Shown one piece after another: positions 49,678-60,795 of a stretch of DNA of 64,000 bases (its first letter is position 1; the number at the start of each line of letters is the position of its first letter). The translations under genes were made by a program, and so were the position numbers. The notes beneath the pieces were generated by a model. The model searched no databases. It saw only the letters and a program-made list of their open reading frames with translations, and was not told where the DNA came from. The DNA is from Methanobacteriota archaeon (GTDB lineage Archaea > Thermoplasmatota > E2 > DHVEG-1), in contig CAVYNH010000007.1 of assembly GCA_963769885.1 (NCBI GenBank), positions 500,163 to 564,162 on the forward strand, given 5' to 3'.

Positions 49678-52600
49678 TTATTTTACCACCGTGAACTGCC
49701 ACGAGGCAGCGAGCAGGTTCTGGTCACTATCAACCAAGATATTGCCTTCAGGGTCACGGAACGCAGCATAGACACGATACAAGCCATCACCGTGTGTCAA
49801 ATCACAAGCTCGGACAAAACCGTTGAAGATCTGATCCAACGCAAGCTGCTGCCCGGGTTCAATCATCCTGGGACTCGTCTCATTGACTGCATCAACATCC
49901 AGGATCCACTCCTTGGATTGAGGATCATAGAACTGCACCTGAATAGAGAGATACCCGCTGAGATTCGTCGTCCCCGTGTTCTTGATTTTTGACTGGTTCT
50001 CATGGACGATAACAAGCCTCGGCGCGAAATCGGCTCCTTGTTCACTGGAGAAGAAATCGACGTATTCATCCCCGGTCGGTTGCAGAGCGCAGATGTCACG
50101 GCTGCTGCGTAGACAGAGCTTCGTCCAATGACTCAAATTAATCCATTCCTCGTTGTTGGGATTGATAAGATTGATGTCGTTGTACCCTTCGACGAGATCA
50201 GTGGTATTCAAGGTCCCACTAATGTTGCTGTAATACGCTTTGTTATAATCTGTTGAGTCAAGAGGATCTTTGGGATAATCCGGCTGCCCGCTCTGAACCC
50301 GGATGTTGAAATCGGTGTCGGAGTTATCGCCAGCATTATAGAGACTGAGTGTCACATTGTGGATGATCATGTTGCTGGGAAGCATCGACGTATTGAAATA
50401 CACATAGCCGCGGTTGATGGTATAAGTCTGGGAGACCTTGCTTTGGCCGATAAAAATATCATAACAGGGTGTCCATGATATGCCGTTCTCTGATGTCGCC
50501 TGCCATGTATCGATATAGTTCTCTTCTGAATGGTGGAGATAGCCATCGCTGCTACTGGAATCCACGGTCAAACTTGGATCAATGATCACCGGGAATTGCA
50601 GCGACATGAGGTCCGTGTATTTGCAGCCTGAGAGCAGGTACCATTCACCTCCCAGCTTGATGATGCGGCATTTCAATGGCAGCCGATGGCTGCTGTTCTG
50701 CAGCTCATAGGCATCGTCGATGGGCATGGCGCATTTAAAAACTCCAGCGGCATCCTTGAAAGAAAGGCGGCCGTTCTCAATCGTGATGTTCCCGGTGATT
50801 TCGTCGGAGGCGTTGAAGAGGTGCAGCGCCAGGGGATCGAGTTTGGTGACAAACACGAGGTATGATGTCTCTGTGTTCAATCCATAGGATGATGGAGGAT
50901 GGGTGAGTAGCATTGATTTCGCTGCGTTACCCAGTTGTATATTCTCCTTCAGCATCGTTGACTGATAACGGTATATGACATCCGTGCCGGTGAATGCCCC
51001 CGGATAGGTGATTGTGTTGTTTTGGAGCTGTCCTTGGCTGTTCAGTACATTTTGGAGGATGACGTGGTTCCAGTTCTGGGAAGGATCAAGGTAGCCGACT
51101 CCAAGAAGCTTCGTTCTTAGAATGTCTATTGTCGGGTTCTGGGATTTGTTGTAGGCGAAAGCAACCGGCCAATTATTTTGAAGGTTGGGCTTGAAGTAGG
51201 CGTTGTAGAGTCCGCGATCGTTACCTGCTCGATACCCGTAGCTGTACGCGGGATCATTGGATGTCAACAGGGTAATGTTCTGTTTGATTGGAGTCCAGGT
51301 ATTGTTCTCGTTTTGATAATTAACCGGGCCAGCGTAGGTCTCAAGGACATCATATCCTGAGGTTGCATCGTAGTATTTATTCCATGTTAGGCCTCGTCCG
51401 GTTAAGGTATAGTTTTGAGTCGGGGATGGTGGGTCGGTGAGTTCGATATATTCTTCGCCGCTGTAGTCTCCTTTTAAGGTTGTGATATTGATGAGTGCAT
51501 GGGCGTCTACTGAGAAGTAACCATATGATGTCGTGTTGGTATTTTCGACGCTGTCTTCTGCCCAAACGTAATACTGATATTGTCCAGTAGTCCATGTATC
51601 ATTGAAAATAAGCTGATATGTATTGTTCCCTGTATTTGTCATATTCAACCAAATACACGTGGTGTTGGGGTAAAAGACCTGAACTTTTACGAGGGTCACG
51701 TCATTCATCGCATCAATTACATTTGCTTGGATGGTCACATTTTCTCCGAATCCGACGATGCTCGGTGTAGCAGTGACATTGGTGAACTGGGGGGCGTTGA
51801 TGATTTGTACTTGTCGGGTCTCAGTTGTGCTTTGGTTGCCGGTGGTATCGATGCAGTAGGCGGAGAAGGTGTAGTTGCCGTCTGGTAGTCCGGTATAGGT
51901 ATGGTTTGGTGGGTGGGTGGTGCTGGTAATGGTGGTGTTAAGTTCGTCTCTGGTTAAGGCGCGGTTGAAGAGCATGGCTTCATCGAGGATGCCGTCGAAT
52001 TGGCACCAGCCGGGGTAGTCTGTTTTGGAGATGCAGGTAGTCTGGTCATTAGTGATGTTTCGGATTGTTCCGTTGATTTCTCCGTCTGATGTGCCGTCAA
52101 CGTAGAGGCGGAGTGTGTTTCCGTCTCTGATGTAAGCGAGGTGGTGCCAGGAATCGTCGGTGACGTTAATGGTGCCGGAGAGGGATGTGTTTTGTCCATT
52201 GGTGATCGTGGCGAGGTAGGGGGTATTGGTGATTCCGAACATGTAGCCGTTCCAGTTGGCATTCTCGGGTTGGTTGCTGAGGATGACAGCGGTGCCGGGA
52301 TAGCTGGGGGTGTGGTTTTTGATCCATGCAGTGAAGGTAAAGTCGCTAGTACCGAAGTTGAGGCTAGTGTCGTCACCAAGGTCAATGTAGCCTCCATTCG
52401 TTTCAAGGTTGAGACCGTTACCGAATTTGCCGGTAGTGATGCTGGAGCTGTTGATTCCGTTATGGTAAGTTCCGATGTTTTGGTAGGGTGAGGTGTCGTA
52501 GAGGTAGGTACCATTGTAGATGTCCATGGACCAGTATCCTTTGAGGCTGCTGTTCCAGTTGATGAAAGCGGCAGTGGGGTATGGGTCGAGGATCGAGGTA

Positions 52601-55600
52601 TTGACGTGGACGATATTTTGGGTGAGAGTGGTGTTTGTTTCTGGAGTTGGTGGTACGAATGTGATGTATGGCTGGAGGAGGGTGAATGATCCGCTGGAGC
52701 TATTGGTCTGGATGTCTATGTCTAAAGCGTAGATGGTGTAATTGTAGAGACCACTTTGGGTGATGTTTTCAAGGGTGTAGGTGTAGACGTTGTCTATGAC
52801 TTGGGTCATGATGTGGTTTTGGGTGGTACCATTGGGGGTTGTGATATTGATTGTGACTTGGGTGACGTTATTGTCTGTTGGCGTGATCTGTGCGATGATG
52901 GTGGCGTTGGAGCCAGGGAGGATGTATTGGGGATCCTGGACATAGGATATCTCGGGCTTTCTTGGGGTCGATGTAACGTGGATGATGGTGTAATCGGTAT
53001 TGGTGTTATCGTCGCTATCTTTTACGGTGAGGGTTACGTTGTAGTCACCATCAATGGGGAAGGAGTGGGTAACTCCGGGGGTGTAGGCATAGGTGCCGTC
53101 GCTGAAGTTCCATGACCAATTTTCTATGGTTTTGTCTTGTTGGGTTTTTGATCTGTCGGAGAAGGTGATGTTCGTGTCTGGTTTTGCGCTATGATAATAA
53201 CTGAGGTTGAAGTCCGAGTCAAGATCTAAGAATCGTACGGTGGCTGATGCGGTTCCGTTGAGTTGGGTGACACCATCGGAAATAGTCAATAGAATCGGTT
53301 CCTCCGGGGGATTTGTGTATGTGTGTGTCGGATTTTGTGTGGAGGAACCGCTTTTTGTGTTGTCGCCGAAATCCCAGTTCCATTGGACGTTTTGTCCTCC
53401 GGATTGGACTGCGTAGAGTTGAAGATTATAGCCTTGGACGGTGTCGATGATCTCTGGGTGGAGCTGTTGCGGGGCGAAGATTTTTCCCCACGGTGCAACA
53501 GTCACGTCGTGATAGTCTGAAAAGTCGCTTTCATAAGGATGGAGTAACGTTGAATATTCATCATAGGCTTTGACGCGGATGTGATGTGTTCCGACAGTGG
53601 AATACGCATGAAGAAGAGTGTAACTGTCGACAGCGTGTAATCCTGTATCAGTATAACCGTAGTCGACTGGATTGTAATCATCCCAAAACCATCTTTGGCC
53701 TATGCGATCTGCGTTTGGATCCATCGATGTGGAACTCCATTCTCCTGGGATGTATTGCGGAATTAGCCAAGGCCCGTCTGGTTCAGTTGGTGTCGCCGGA
53801 GGGGCGTTTCCCCTTGGGGATAGTGGGAGATTTGTGGAGTTGTCAACATCGTTTGGATGATTGTTCGTAAGAGGCCAGAGGATTACATTGATTCTCCCAG
53901 TGGAATTATACAAATATAGAAGGAGGGAATAATTACCAACTGGCGAATCCGGTGGAAGCGTCACTTCTATTTCCCTGTTCGATGTGACATTGCTAATAAT
54001 GAAATCCTTCTCTTTACGCGCCATTGTCTGGTTTTGTTCATTTTTCAAGAGTGCAACGATGCGGACTTTATCTTGAGGGAGGATCGATTTCAAGGGCATC
54101 GTTGCCGTGATGGAATCAATGATATTATCGGGGTCATGTATTGAGTCTGTCCGAGTATAATTTACTGGGCCGTCAAAGATGCAGTCCGGATTGATGGTGA
54201 AGTATTTCAAGAGATTCCAAAAGAGGTCCGTTGTCACATTCACATCGTTTCTGTCTGTGCGATTCAGGCAGTCTCCTTCAGTGTAATTGTTCCCCGTTGC
54301 ATGCCAACCTTCCCAAATACTATCCACATCTTTACTAAGACAAAAGGTGGTGATTCCGGGTCGTGTGCTGACGATTTTTTGTTCAGATCCAGATGCCCAA
54401 TTTGAGAAATTTTCTATTTCGTATCCTGTTTTACTTTTATATTTCGAATCATTTATGATTTGTTTTGCGACTTTTGAAGAAAAATCAGTTGTACTATTAT
54501 TCACATAAAGGCCCATCGTTGTATCTATTTGGTCGAAGCCGCATTGTTCTGCTATGAACCAGTCTTTGATATTGTAATTTGGGTGGCTGTCATTGAAATA
54601 TTTTGCCCCTTTCAGATAGTACTCCTCGCCGGTAGTAAATACAAATTGGAGGTTGTATTTAGGGAGGCCTCCATGATCCCTTAAATATGCGTAGTACTTT
54701 GCCATCCCTAATACTATAGCGGTGGATACCCCTGAATCCCCGGGGGTTTGTCCCCACATGCCATCGTATCGGTTCGAAATAACGATACTGGGGGCCTCTG
54801 AATCGTTATCTATTGTGATATTGCCCATAACATTGGAGCCTATTGCCCCGTGTTCTTGATTGGGATTTTCCACGAGATATGTCTGTTCTTTATGAAAGTT
54901 AACGGTTATATAATTATAATTTTGTTCAAGCCAATTGCCTGCCGATTCATTGAGAGTGAAAATAGGCAAGATTTCTGACCAGATATGTGTTGAAACCATT
55001 TTATGAGTATTTCCTGGCCCGTATAATATTATTCCATAGCATTTGGCATTTGTGTGACGTTTATTTAAAATGCTATAAAGTATAGATTTAATTGAAAAAC
55101 AGCCTGGGAAATTTGGGGAAAACAAAAGAACGGGATGGCGAAGTGGTTGATTTTGATATTCTTTTAATTGAGCATTGGTCGGGAATTGATCGATAAGCAA
55201 GAATGGTTCATTCGGCCACGGCCATAAATCGAGATTAAAGAATAATGTGAGGAATTTATTCAAAAAATTGTCTACGATGATGGGGCCATCATCCAATTTT
55301 TCCAATATGAAATTCCGTAAGGAATTTCCGATACTCACTACAGGAAAAGGACATGATGAAGCGTCAATGTATTGAATTACTGAACCGGTTTTTATAATTA
55401 TTACCCCATCTGGGTTTGTTAGATTCTCTATTTTTTCTTGAGCTTCTGGAGTATCGTCCATAATGAATACTTGTTCAGACTGATTATCGGAATCGGGAAT
55501 GGGGTCATTTCCATCAAGATAGGAGAGATTTCCTATGAGCATACCGTGGAAATCTGAAAGATAATCATATTTTGTTTGTCTAAAAAAATTTAGATTTAAT

Positions 55601-56211
55601 CCATCGCCATAATTCCATAAAAACTTGGTAATGTCATCGGGCACTATCAAAGCATCTGTTTGACTTATGCTTATATTAAAATCTGTATTTGTATTTCTTG
55701 GTTTAATAAATGAAAATCCTGGCTGTTCATGAAGCCATGTTGTCCAACTTTGGTTCTCAGTCGTCATTGCAAACATTTCCCTTTTATCAATTGGATTTGT
55801 GTATGGATAGCGATGACACGGGCAATCATTGATTTCTATTCCGAAGTCAGTGACATTGATTATGTCTGAATAAGGTCCATTATGGGCATGAGGATATAAA
55901 TTTGAATCTAGGTATCCTAATTGTTCAGTGTGAACATCATCTAATCCAAAACTATGTAACGTATAATTAATGTGCCAAGCAGTAAAATTGCCGCCCCATG
56001 ATCCTAAAGATCTTCCTCGGGGTATTTCACCCTGAGGATATTGATAAGTTACATTTGCTAGCGCCACCGTTTCATCCCAGATATAATTATAATCTATATT
56101 TGTTGGATTTTGAATAAGTTCTTCATTTTCATTTTCTAAACTTTTTATAATAATTATATTTGGAATTAACATTATAAATAAAATAAAATATATTAATATT
56201 TTTTTCCCCAT
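49678..56211 (-). CDS. Giant secreted multidomain protein: degenerate M28 peptidase-like domain, PKD repeats, LamG-like, Ig-like and DNRLRE-like regions
   Basis: FTTGEE..L.GA, WNWDFGD, WSWNFSDG, WHHLAY.R....LYVDG, FDGILDE, FPVIIDP, F.SSE....PRL. Confidence 0.88.
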   Translation of the reverse strand: MGKKILIYFILFIMLIPNIIIIKSLENENEELIQNPTNIDYNYIWDETVALANVTYQYPQGEIPRGRSLGSWGGNFTAWHINYTLHSFGLDDVHTEQLGYLDSNLYPHAHNGPYSDIINVTDFGIEINDCPCHRYPYTNPIDKREMFAMTTENQSWTTWLHEQPGFSFIKPRNTNTDFNISISQTDALIVPDDITKFLWNYGDGLNLNFFRQTKYDYLSDFHGMLIGNLSYLDGNDPIPDSDNQSEQVFIMDDTPEAQEKIENLTNPDGVIIIKTGSVIQYIDASSCPFPVVSIGNSLRNFILEKLDDGPIIVDNFLNKFLTLFFNLDLWPWPNEPFLLIDQFPTNAQLKEYQNQPLRHPVLLFSPNFPGCFSIKSILYSILNKRHTNAKCYGIILYGPGNTHKMVSTHIWSEILPIFTLNESAGNWLEQNYNYITVNFHKEQTYLVENPNQEHGAIGSNVMGNITIDNDSEAPSIVISNRYDGMWGQTPGDSGVSTAIVLGMAKYYAYLRDHGGLPKYNLQFVFTTGEEYYLKGAKYFNDSHPNYNIKDWFIAEQCGFDQIDTTMGLYVNNSTTDFSSKVAKQIINDSKYKSKTGYEIENFSNWASGSEQKIVSTRPGITTFCLSKDVDSIWEGWHATGNNYTEGDCLNRTDRNDVNVTTDLFWNLLKYFTINPDCIFDGPVNYTRTDSIHDPDNIIDSITATMPLKSILPQDKVRIVALLKNEQNQTMARKEKDFIISNVTSNREIEVTLPPDSPVGNYSLLLYLYNSTGRINVILWPLTNNHPNDVDNSTNLPLSPRGNAPPATPTEPDGPWLIPQYIPGEWSSTSMDPNADRIGQRWFWDDYNPVDYGYTDTGLHAVDSYTLLHAYSTVGTHHIRVKAYDEYSTLLHPYESDFSDYHDVTVAPWGKIFAPQQLHPEIIDTVQGYNLQLYAVQSGGQNVQWNWDFGDNTKSGSSTQNPTHTYTNPPEEPILLTISDGVTQLNGTASATVRFLDLDSDFNLSYYHSAKPDTNITFSDRSKTQQDKTIENWSWNFSDGTYAYTPGVTHSFPIDGDYNVTLTVKDSDDNTNTDYTIIHVTSTPRKPEISYVQDPQYILPGSNATIIAQITPTDNNVTQVTINITTPNGTTQNHIMTQVIDNVYTYTLENITQSGLYNYTIYALDIDIQTNSSSGSFTLLQPYITFVPPTPETNTTLTQNIVHVNTSILDPYPTAAFINWNSSLKGYWSMDIYNGTYLYDTSPYQNIGTYHNGINSSSITTGKFGNGLNLETNGGYIDLGDDTSLNFGTSDFTFTAWIKNHTPSYPGTAVILSNQPENANWNGYMFGITNTPYLATITNGQNTSLSGTINVTDDSWHHLAYIRDGNTLRLYVDGTSDGEINGTIRNITNDQTTCISKTDYPGWCQFDGILDEAMLFNRALTRDELNTTITSTTHPPNHTYTGLPDGNYTFSAYCIDTTGNQSTTETRQVQIINAPQFTNVTATPSIVGFGENVTIQANVIDAMNDVTLVKVQVFYPNTTCIWLNMTNTGNNTYQLIFNDTWTTGQYQYYVWAEDSVENTNTTSYGYFSVDAHALINITTLKGDYSGEEYIELTDPPSPTQNYTLTGRGLTWNKYYDATSGYDVLETYAGPVNYQNENNTWTPIKQNITLLTSNDPAYSYGYRAGNDRGLYNAYFKPNLQNNWPVAFAYNKSQNPTIDILRTKLLGVGYLDPSQNWNHVILQNVLNSQGQLQNNTITYPGAFTGTDVIYRYQSTMLKENIQLGNAAKSMLLTHPPSSYGLNTETSYLVFVTKLDPLALHLFNASDEITGNITIENGRLSFKDAAGVFKCAMPIDDAYELQNSSHRLPLKCRIIKLGGEWYLLSGCKYTDLMSLQFPVIIDPSLTVDSSSSDGYLHHSEENYIDTWQATSENGISWTPCYDIFIGQSKVSQTYTINRGYVYFNTSMLPSNMIIHNVTLSLYNAGDNSDTDFNIRVQSGQPDYPKDPLDSTDYNKAYYSNISGTLNTTDLVEGYNDINLINPNNEEWINLSHWTKLCLRSSRDICALQPTGDEYVDFFSSEQGADFAPRLVIVHENQSKIKNTGTTNLSGYLSIQVQFYDPQSKEWILDVDAVNETSPRMIEPGQQLALDQIFNGFVRACDLTHGDGLYRVYAAFRDPEGNILVDSDQNLLAASWQFTVVK

Positions 56212-56315
56212 ATCTTATTACCTCCTTTATATGTTATCAAATTTCTGTATTTAAAATTTTTGTTATTTAAAGATTAATGAGTAAAATTTATTAAATCAAA
56301 GAAAGATTTCTTTTC

Positions 56316-58046
56316 ATGAAAACAAAAATTAATCTCCTATTAGTTTTATTTCTATTCTTCCTCTTTGAATGCCCTTTAACTCCATTAGATAAAGCTTCGT
56401 TTTCAAATTTTGAGTTAAATCGAAAAGAGATTAGTCCTATTTCGGAATTATCATGGCCGATGTATTGCCATGATCCCCACCACACCGGACGAAGCCCCAA
56501 TTCCACCGCAAACAATCCTCCCGGTCACTTCAAATGGGTATTCTACACACACATAGCAAGCTTCTATGGAGATACGGCAATTGGTGCCGACGGAACGATA
56601 TACGCTGCAGCCGGCGGCTTATTTGCACTGTGGCCCAACGGGACTTTGAAATGGTATTTTGAACTAAATGGATGGTGTGAAGGCTGCCCGGCAATCAGCG
56701 ATGACGGGATTATCTATGTCGGATGCTCAATGTATAATCCGAGTTATTTGTATGCATTATATCCGAATGGTCAATTAAAATGGCGGTATGGAGTAGCAGG
56801 TGAAAGTGTAATATCATCGCCTGTTCTAGGGGCAGACGGCACCATCTATTACGGATCCGGCCACTCAATCAGAGCACTCTATCCAAACGGAACGCTCCGA
56901 TGGGATTACCGAACCGGCCATCTCGTCTACTCATCACCAGCCATCGGAACCGACGGAACCATCTATTGCGGAAGCCATGATACGTACCTCTATGCCCTCT
57001 ACCCCAACAATGGCTCTCTGAAATGGAAATACAAGACTGGAAATTGGATCCGCCTCAGCCCCTGCATCGCCGACGACGGCACCATATACTGCGTCTCAGA
57101 TGATGAATACCTCTATGCATTGAATCCCAGCGGGACTCTAAAATGGAAAACCAAAGTCGAACCAGGAGGATCGCCAACCATAGCCTCCGACGGCACCATC
57201 TACGCCGGGATGAGTACACTCTATGCGATAAACCCCGATGGTTCAGTAAAATGGACGTTCCCTGTCGGAGGAGACATACTCTGGAGCGCCGCCGTTACCT
57301 CTCTTGAAGGAACCATCTATTTCGGAACCTACAATGGGTATTTTATCGCTGTGAACCCGAATGGCACCGAGCAATGGAGGACGGTAATCGGTCAATGTGA
57401 ATCAGTCCCTGCTATTGGGGCGGATGGCACCATCTATATCGGATCAATGCCTGGTGGTGGCGGGTATTTGAACGCCTTTGGCCCAGGGGGGCCGCTCCGA
57501 GCAATGGCGAATGGACCCTACCAGGCCTTTTACAATCGGACTCTCCAATTCAAAGGCACTAGCTATGGCGGCTTCCCACCCATGACCTATCATTGGGACT
57601 TCGGCGACGGCAACACCTCAGACCAGCAAAACCCACAACACACGTATCACGCCATCAGGAAATTCAACGCGACCTTCACCATCTCCGACTCACAAGGCAA
57701 CACCAGCAATGACACCGCATCGGTCAACGTCATTCCACGTTTTCCCACTCTTACTGTCATCCGACCGGAGAACGCCTTCTACTTCTTAAATATAAAAATC
57801 CACTCATGGGTATGGCCAGTCGCCATCGGACCCCTCACCTTCCAAATAACCGCTTTCCAAGAACCCTACGGCATAGACCGCGTCGAATTCAGCATAGACG
57901 ACACACTAATCGCCACAGACAACGAACCGCCCTACCAATGGACCTGGACGACACCAGCCTTCTTCTACCACATCGTCACTGTCACCGCCTACGATACTAT
58001 GGGATATGGCAATAGCGTAAAAATCGAGATGAAAAAGTACTTCTAA
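56316..58046 (+). CDS. Secreted PQQ-like beta-propeller plus PKD plus Ig-like protein
   Basis: WPMYCHDPHHTGRSP, DGTIY repeats, HWDFGDG, GIDRVEF.ID. Confidence 0.92.
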   Translation: MKTKINLLLVLFLFFLFECPLTPLDKASFSNFELNRKEISPISELSWPMYCHDPHHTGRSPNSTANNPPGHFKWVFYTHIASFYGDTAIGADGTIYAAAGGLFALWPNGTLKWYFELNGWCEGCPAISDDGIIYVGCSMYNPSYLYALYPNGQLKWRYGVAGESVISSPVLGADGTIYYGSGHSIRALYPNGTLRWDYRTGHLVYSSPAIGTDGTIYCGSHDTYLYALYPNNGSLKWKYKTGNWIRLSPCIADDGTIYCVSDDEYLYALNPSGTLKWKTKVEPGGSPTIASDGTIYAGMSTLYAINPDGSVKWTFPVGGDILWSAAVTSLEGTIYFGTYNGYFIAVNPNGTEQWRTVIGQCESVPAIGADGTIYIGSMPGGGGYLNAFGPGGPLRAMANGPYQAFYNRTLQFKGTSYGGFPPMTYHWDFGDGNTSDQQNPQHTYHAIRKFNATFTISDSQGNTSNDTASVNVIPRFPTLTVIRPENAFYFLNIKIHSWVWPVAIGPLTFQITAFQEPYGIDRVEFSIDDTLIATDNEPPYQWTWTTPAFFYHIVTVTAYDTMGYGNSVKIEMKKYF

Positions 58047-58188
58047 ATCCTATTTAACCCTTAAAAACCTAAGACAAAGACAATGAAATTCTCAAGTAAA
58101 AAAGCATTAACAGGAAACTCTTTATACTTCCGCCTCTAGGAAATATTTATAGAGTCCGACCGATTAATAACCAGTCGTTGAGGCCCAT

Positions 58189-59652
58189 ATGTTTAACCGA
58201 ACTCTCATCCTCCTGATAAGCATCCTCTTTCTCAGCCCAATCATCACACTCACCCCAATCCCCGCCCACACCAACCCAGCCACCAACCCGACAACCTCCT
58301 TTCCCCCAGAAGACTCCATCGCCTACCCCCGCTGCTCCGACCCCGTCTTCGTCACCCCCGGCGGCTCCTTCACCCTCACCCTCAACCTCACCGATTTCAA
58401 CTACACCGACCCCCAGGTCTCAATCGCTACCGCCTACGAACCAGTCACCGACACCTTCTCCCTCGACATCCAGAACCACACCGCCGCCGTCTATAACGTC
58501 ACCATCCCACCCACCGTCCCCATCGAGCTCTACAACCTCACCGTTTCCCTCATCCACAACGGAGCCCCCGAGACCATCACGCAGCCCCGCGCCGTCGACG
58601 TCATCCCCGAATTCAAGGACAATTACACCTTCATCCATATCACCGACATCCACGTCGGCGACCCCCGCAGCCTCACCCAAAGCATCTACCGCAGCCTCCA
58701 CCACCGCTCCCTCCTCCAGGCCATCGAGGAAATCAACCTCCAACACCCCGACTTCGTCCTCATCAGCGGCGACCTCGTCCATGGCCAACTCTACTACCAC
58801 CAATACAGCCACGAATACCCAGAGCTTTATGACCTCCTCCAGCACTTCGACGTCCCCACCTTCCTGTGCCCCGGCAACCACGACGGCTACAGCAAACCCG
58901 GCGAAGACGGCAAAGCCTTCTGGACCCACTACTTCGGCCCGGACTACTACAGCTTCAACTACGGCCCCTACCACTTCCAGATGCTCGACACCTACGACTT
59001 CCCCAAGGCCGAACGCACCTGCATCTCGTTCGCCTCCCTCAACTGGGGCGGTAGCATCCAAGACCCCCAACTCCACTGGATCGAGCAAGACCTCAATCAA
59101 AGTAGAAACTCAACCCTCACCTTCATGGTCGTCCACCACAACCCCCAGCTCGAAACCACCAAAGAATCCCTCGTCCACACCCCCTACAAGAACCGCCAAC
59201 AGCTCCTTTCCCTCATCCACCACTACAACGTCAGCATGATCCTCGCGGGCCACACCCACTGGGACAACCTCACGATAGAGAACGGGACAATCTTCGCCAC
59301 CACCACGACGCTGACCAGCAGCGTCGACGAAAAAGACTGCTACTGGGGCTACCGCATCGTCCACATCCAAAACGGCACCATCGCCTCCTACAACTACAAA
59401 GAGCCGAAGTACTCCGTCCCCCTCTACAAACTCAGACTCACCACCCTCACCCCCACCGCCGTCATCATCAAAAACAAGCAGCAAAACCCACTCTCTCTCC
59501 TTCTCCGCTTCGTCACCCCGCGAGGCAACTACACCCCGACCTACGGCGACATCATCCAGACCCGGACCAACGGCACCATGCAGGAACTCTACGTCCACCT
59601 CACCCTCGACGCGCTCCAATCCCACCTCGTACGACTCAAAAAAACAAGCTAA
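58189..59652 (+). CDS. Secreted calcineurin-like metallophosphoesterase
   Basis: DIH, GDLV, GNHD, HH, GHTH. Confidence 0.92.
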   Translation: MFNRTLILLISILFLSPIITLTPIPAHTNPATNPTTSFPPEDSIAYPRCSDPVFVTPGGSFTLTLNLTDFNYTDPQVSIATAYEPVTDTFSLDIQNHTAAVYNVTIPPTVPIELYNLTVSLIHNGAPETITQPRAVDVIPEFKDNYTFIHITDIHVGDPRSLTQSIYRSLHHRSLLQAIEEINLQHPDFVLISGDLVHGQLYYHQYSHEYPELYDLLQHFDVPTFLCPGNHDGYSKPGEDGKAFWTHYFGPDYYSFNYGPYHFQMLDTYDFPKAERTCISFASLNWGGSIQDPQLHWIEQDLNQSRNSTLTFMVVHHNPQLETTKESLVHTPYKNRQQLLSLIHHYNVSMILAGHTHWDNLTIENGTIFATTTTLTSSVDEKDCYWGYRIVHIQNGTIASYNYKEPKYSVPLYKLRLTTLTPTAVIIKNKQQNPLSLLLRFVTPRGNYTPTYGDIIQTRTNGTMQELYVHLTLDALQSHLVRLKKTS

Positions 59653-59662
59653 AAAATTTTCC

Positions 59663-60610
59663 CTATTTCAAGGAATTCAACAACGGCGCAATATCCAGGT
59701 TCCCCCCGCTCAGAATCACCCCGACCGTTTTCCCAGAGACAAGAATCTTCCCTGAAAGAACGCCAGCCAGCCCCACGGCCCCGGACGGCTCAACCACCAG
59801 CTTCATCCGCTCCCACACAAACCGCACCGCCCCCCGGATCTCCTCCTCACTGACCGTCACGATGTCATCAACATGCTTCTGAATGATCGCAAACGTCCTC
59901 GGGCACAACGCCGTCCGCAGCCCATCCGCAATCGTATCCGGATACGTACTCGGATACAGCCGCCCATCCGTGAATGAGCGGTACGCATCATCCGCGAGCG
60001 CCGGCTCCACCAGCACCACCCGAGCCTGTGGACACGCCCCCTTTGTCGCGACCGCCGTCCCACTCCCCAGGCCGCCGCCGCCCACCGGGCAGACCATGAC
60101 ATCCACCCCGCCGACCTCCTGAATGAGTTCCAACGCGGCCGTCCCCGCCCCCGCAATGATTCGATCATCGTCATAGGGATGAATAAGGGTACAGCCCTTC
60201 GTTCGAATCAGATCCGCGCACGCCTTCTCCCGCGCCTCCACGGAGTTCTCACAGAACACGACCTCCGCCCCATACCCCCGCGTCGCCTGCACCTTCACCG
60301 CCGGCGCGTTCCTCGGCATCACGATCACCGCATGAATACCCAACAACTTAGACGCCAACGCGAGCGCCTGCGCATGGTTCCCGCTCGAATGCGTGATCAC
60401 CCCACGCGCCCTCTCCCGCTCGGAAAGCTGAAGCAAGGTGTTCGACACCCCACGGAACTTGAACGCCCCAACCCGCTGGAACATCTCACACTTCACAAAC
60501 ACCCTGCCGCCCACCATGGCATCAAGGGTCCGGGACGTCATCACCGGCGTCTTGTTGATGAGCCCGCCGATCCGCACCGCAGCGGCCCTGACATCATCAA
60601 ACGAAACCAT
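59663..60610 (-). CDS. PLP-dependent serine racemase / threonine dehydratase family
   Basis: KCEMFQRVGAFKFRG, SSGNHAQA, PVGGGGL, TIADG, EPSGA, SGGN. Confidence 0.93.
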   Translation of the reverse strand: MVSFDDVRAAAVRIGGLINKTPVMTSRTLDAMVGGRVFVKCEMFQRVGAFKFRGVSNTLLQLSERERARGVITHSSGNHAQALALASKLLGIHAVIVMPRNAPAVKVQATRGYGAEVVFCENSVEAREKACADLIRTKGCTLIHPYDDDRIIAGAGTAALELIQEVGGVDVMVCPVGGGGLGSGTAVATKGACPQARVVLVEPALADDAYRSFTDGRLYPSTYPDTIADGLRTALCPRTFAIIQKHVDDIVTVSEEEIRGAVRFVWERMKLVVEPSGAVGLAGVLSGKILVSGKTVGVILSGGNLDIAPLLNSLK

Positions 60611-60795
60611 GCGACAGCCAAGAGGATGACATTATTTGAAGGTTCCCCACGACAAAAAGCCTCTTTGTTGAAGCCTAGCCCGGCGTGTCACAAGAAATGA
60701 GAACGAAGGGCTCTTCTGAATCGCCCCTCCCCCTTCTTCCTGCTAAAAAGGAATTTATTTAAGGCGGCAGTCGATGTGATGCAGAGAGGCCTGGG

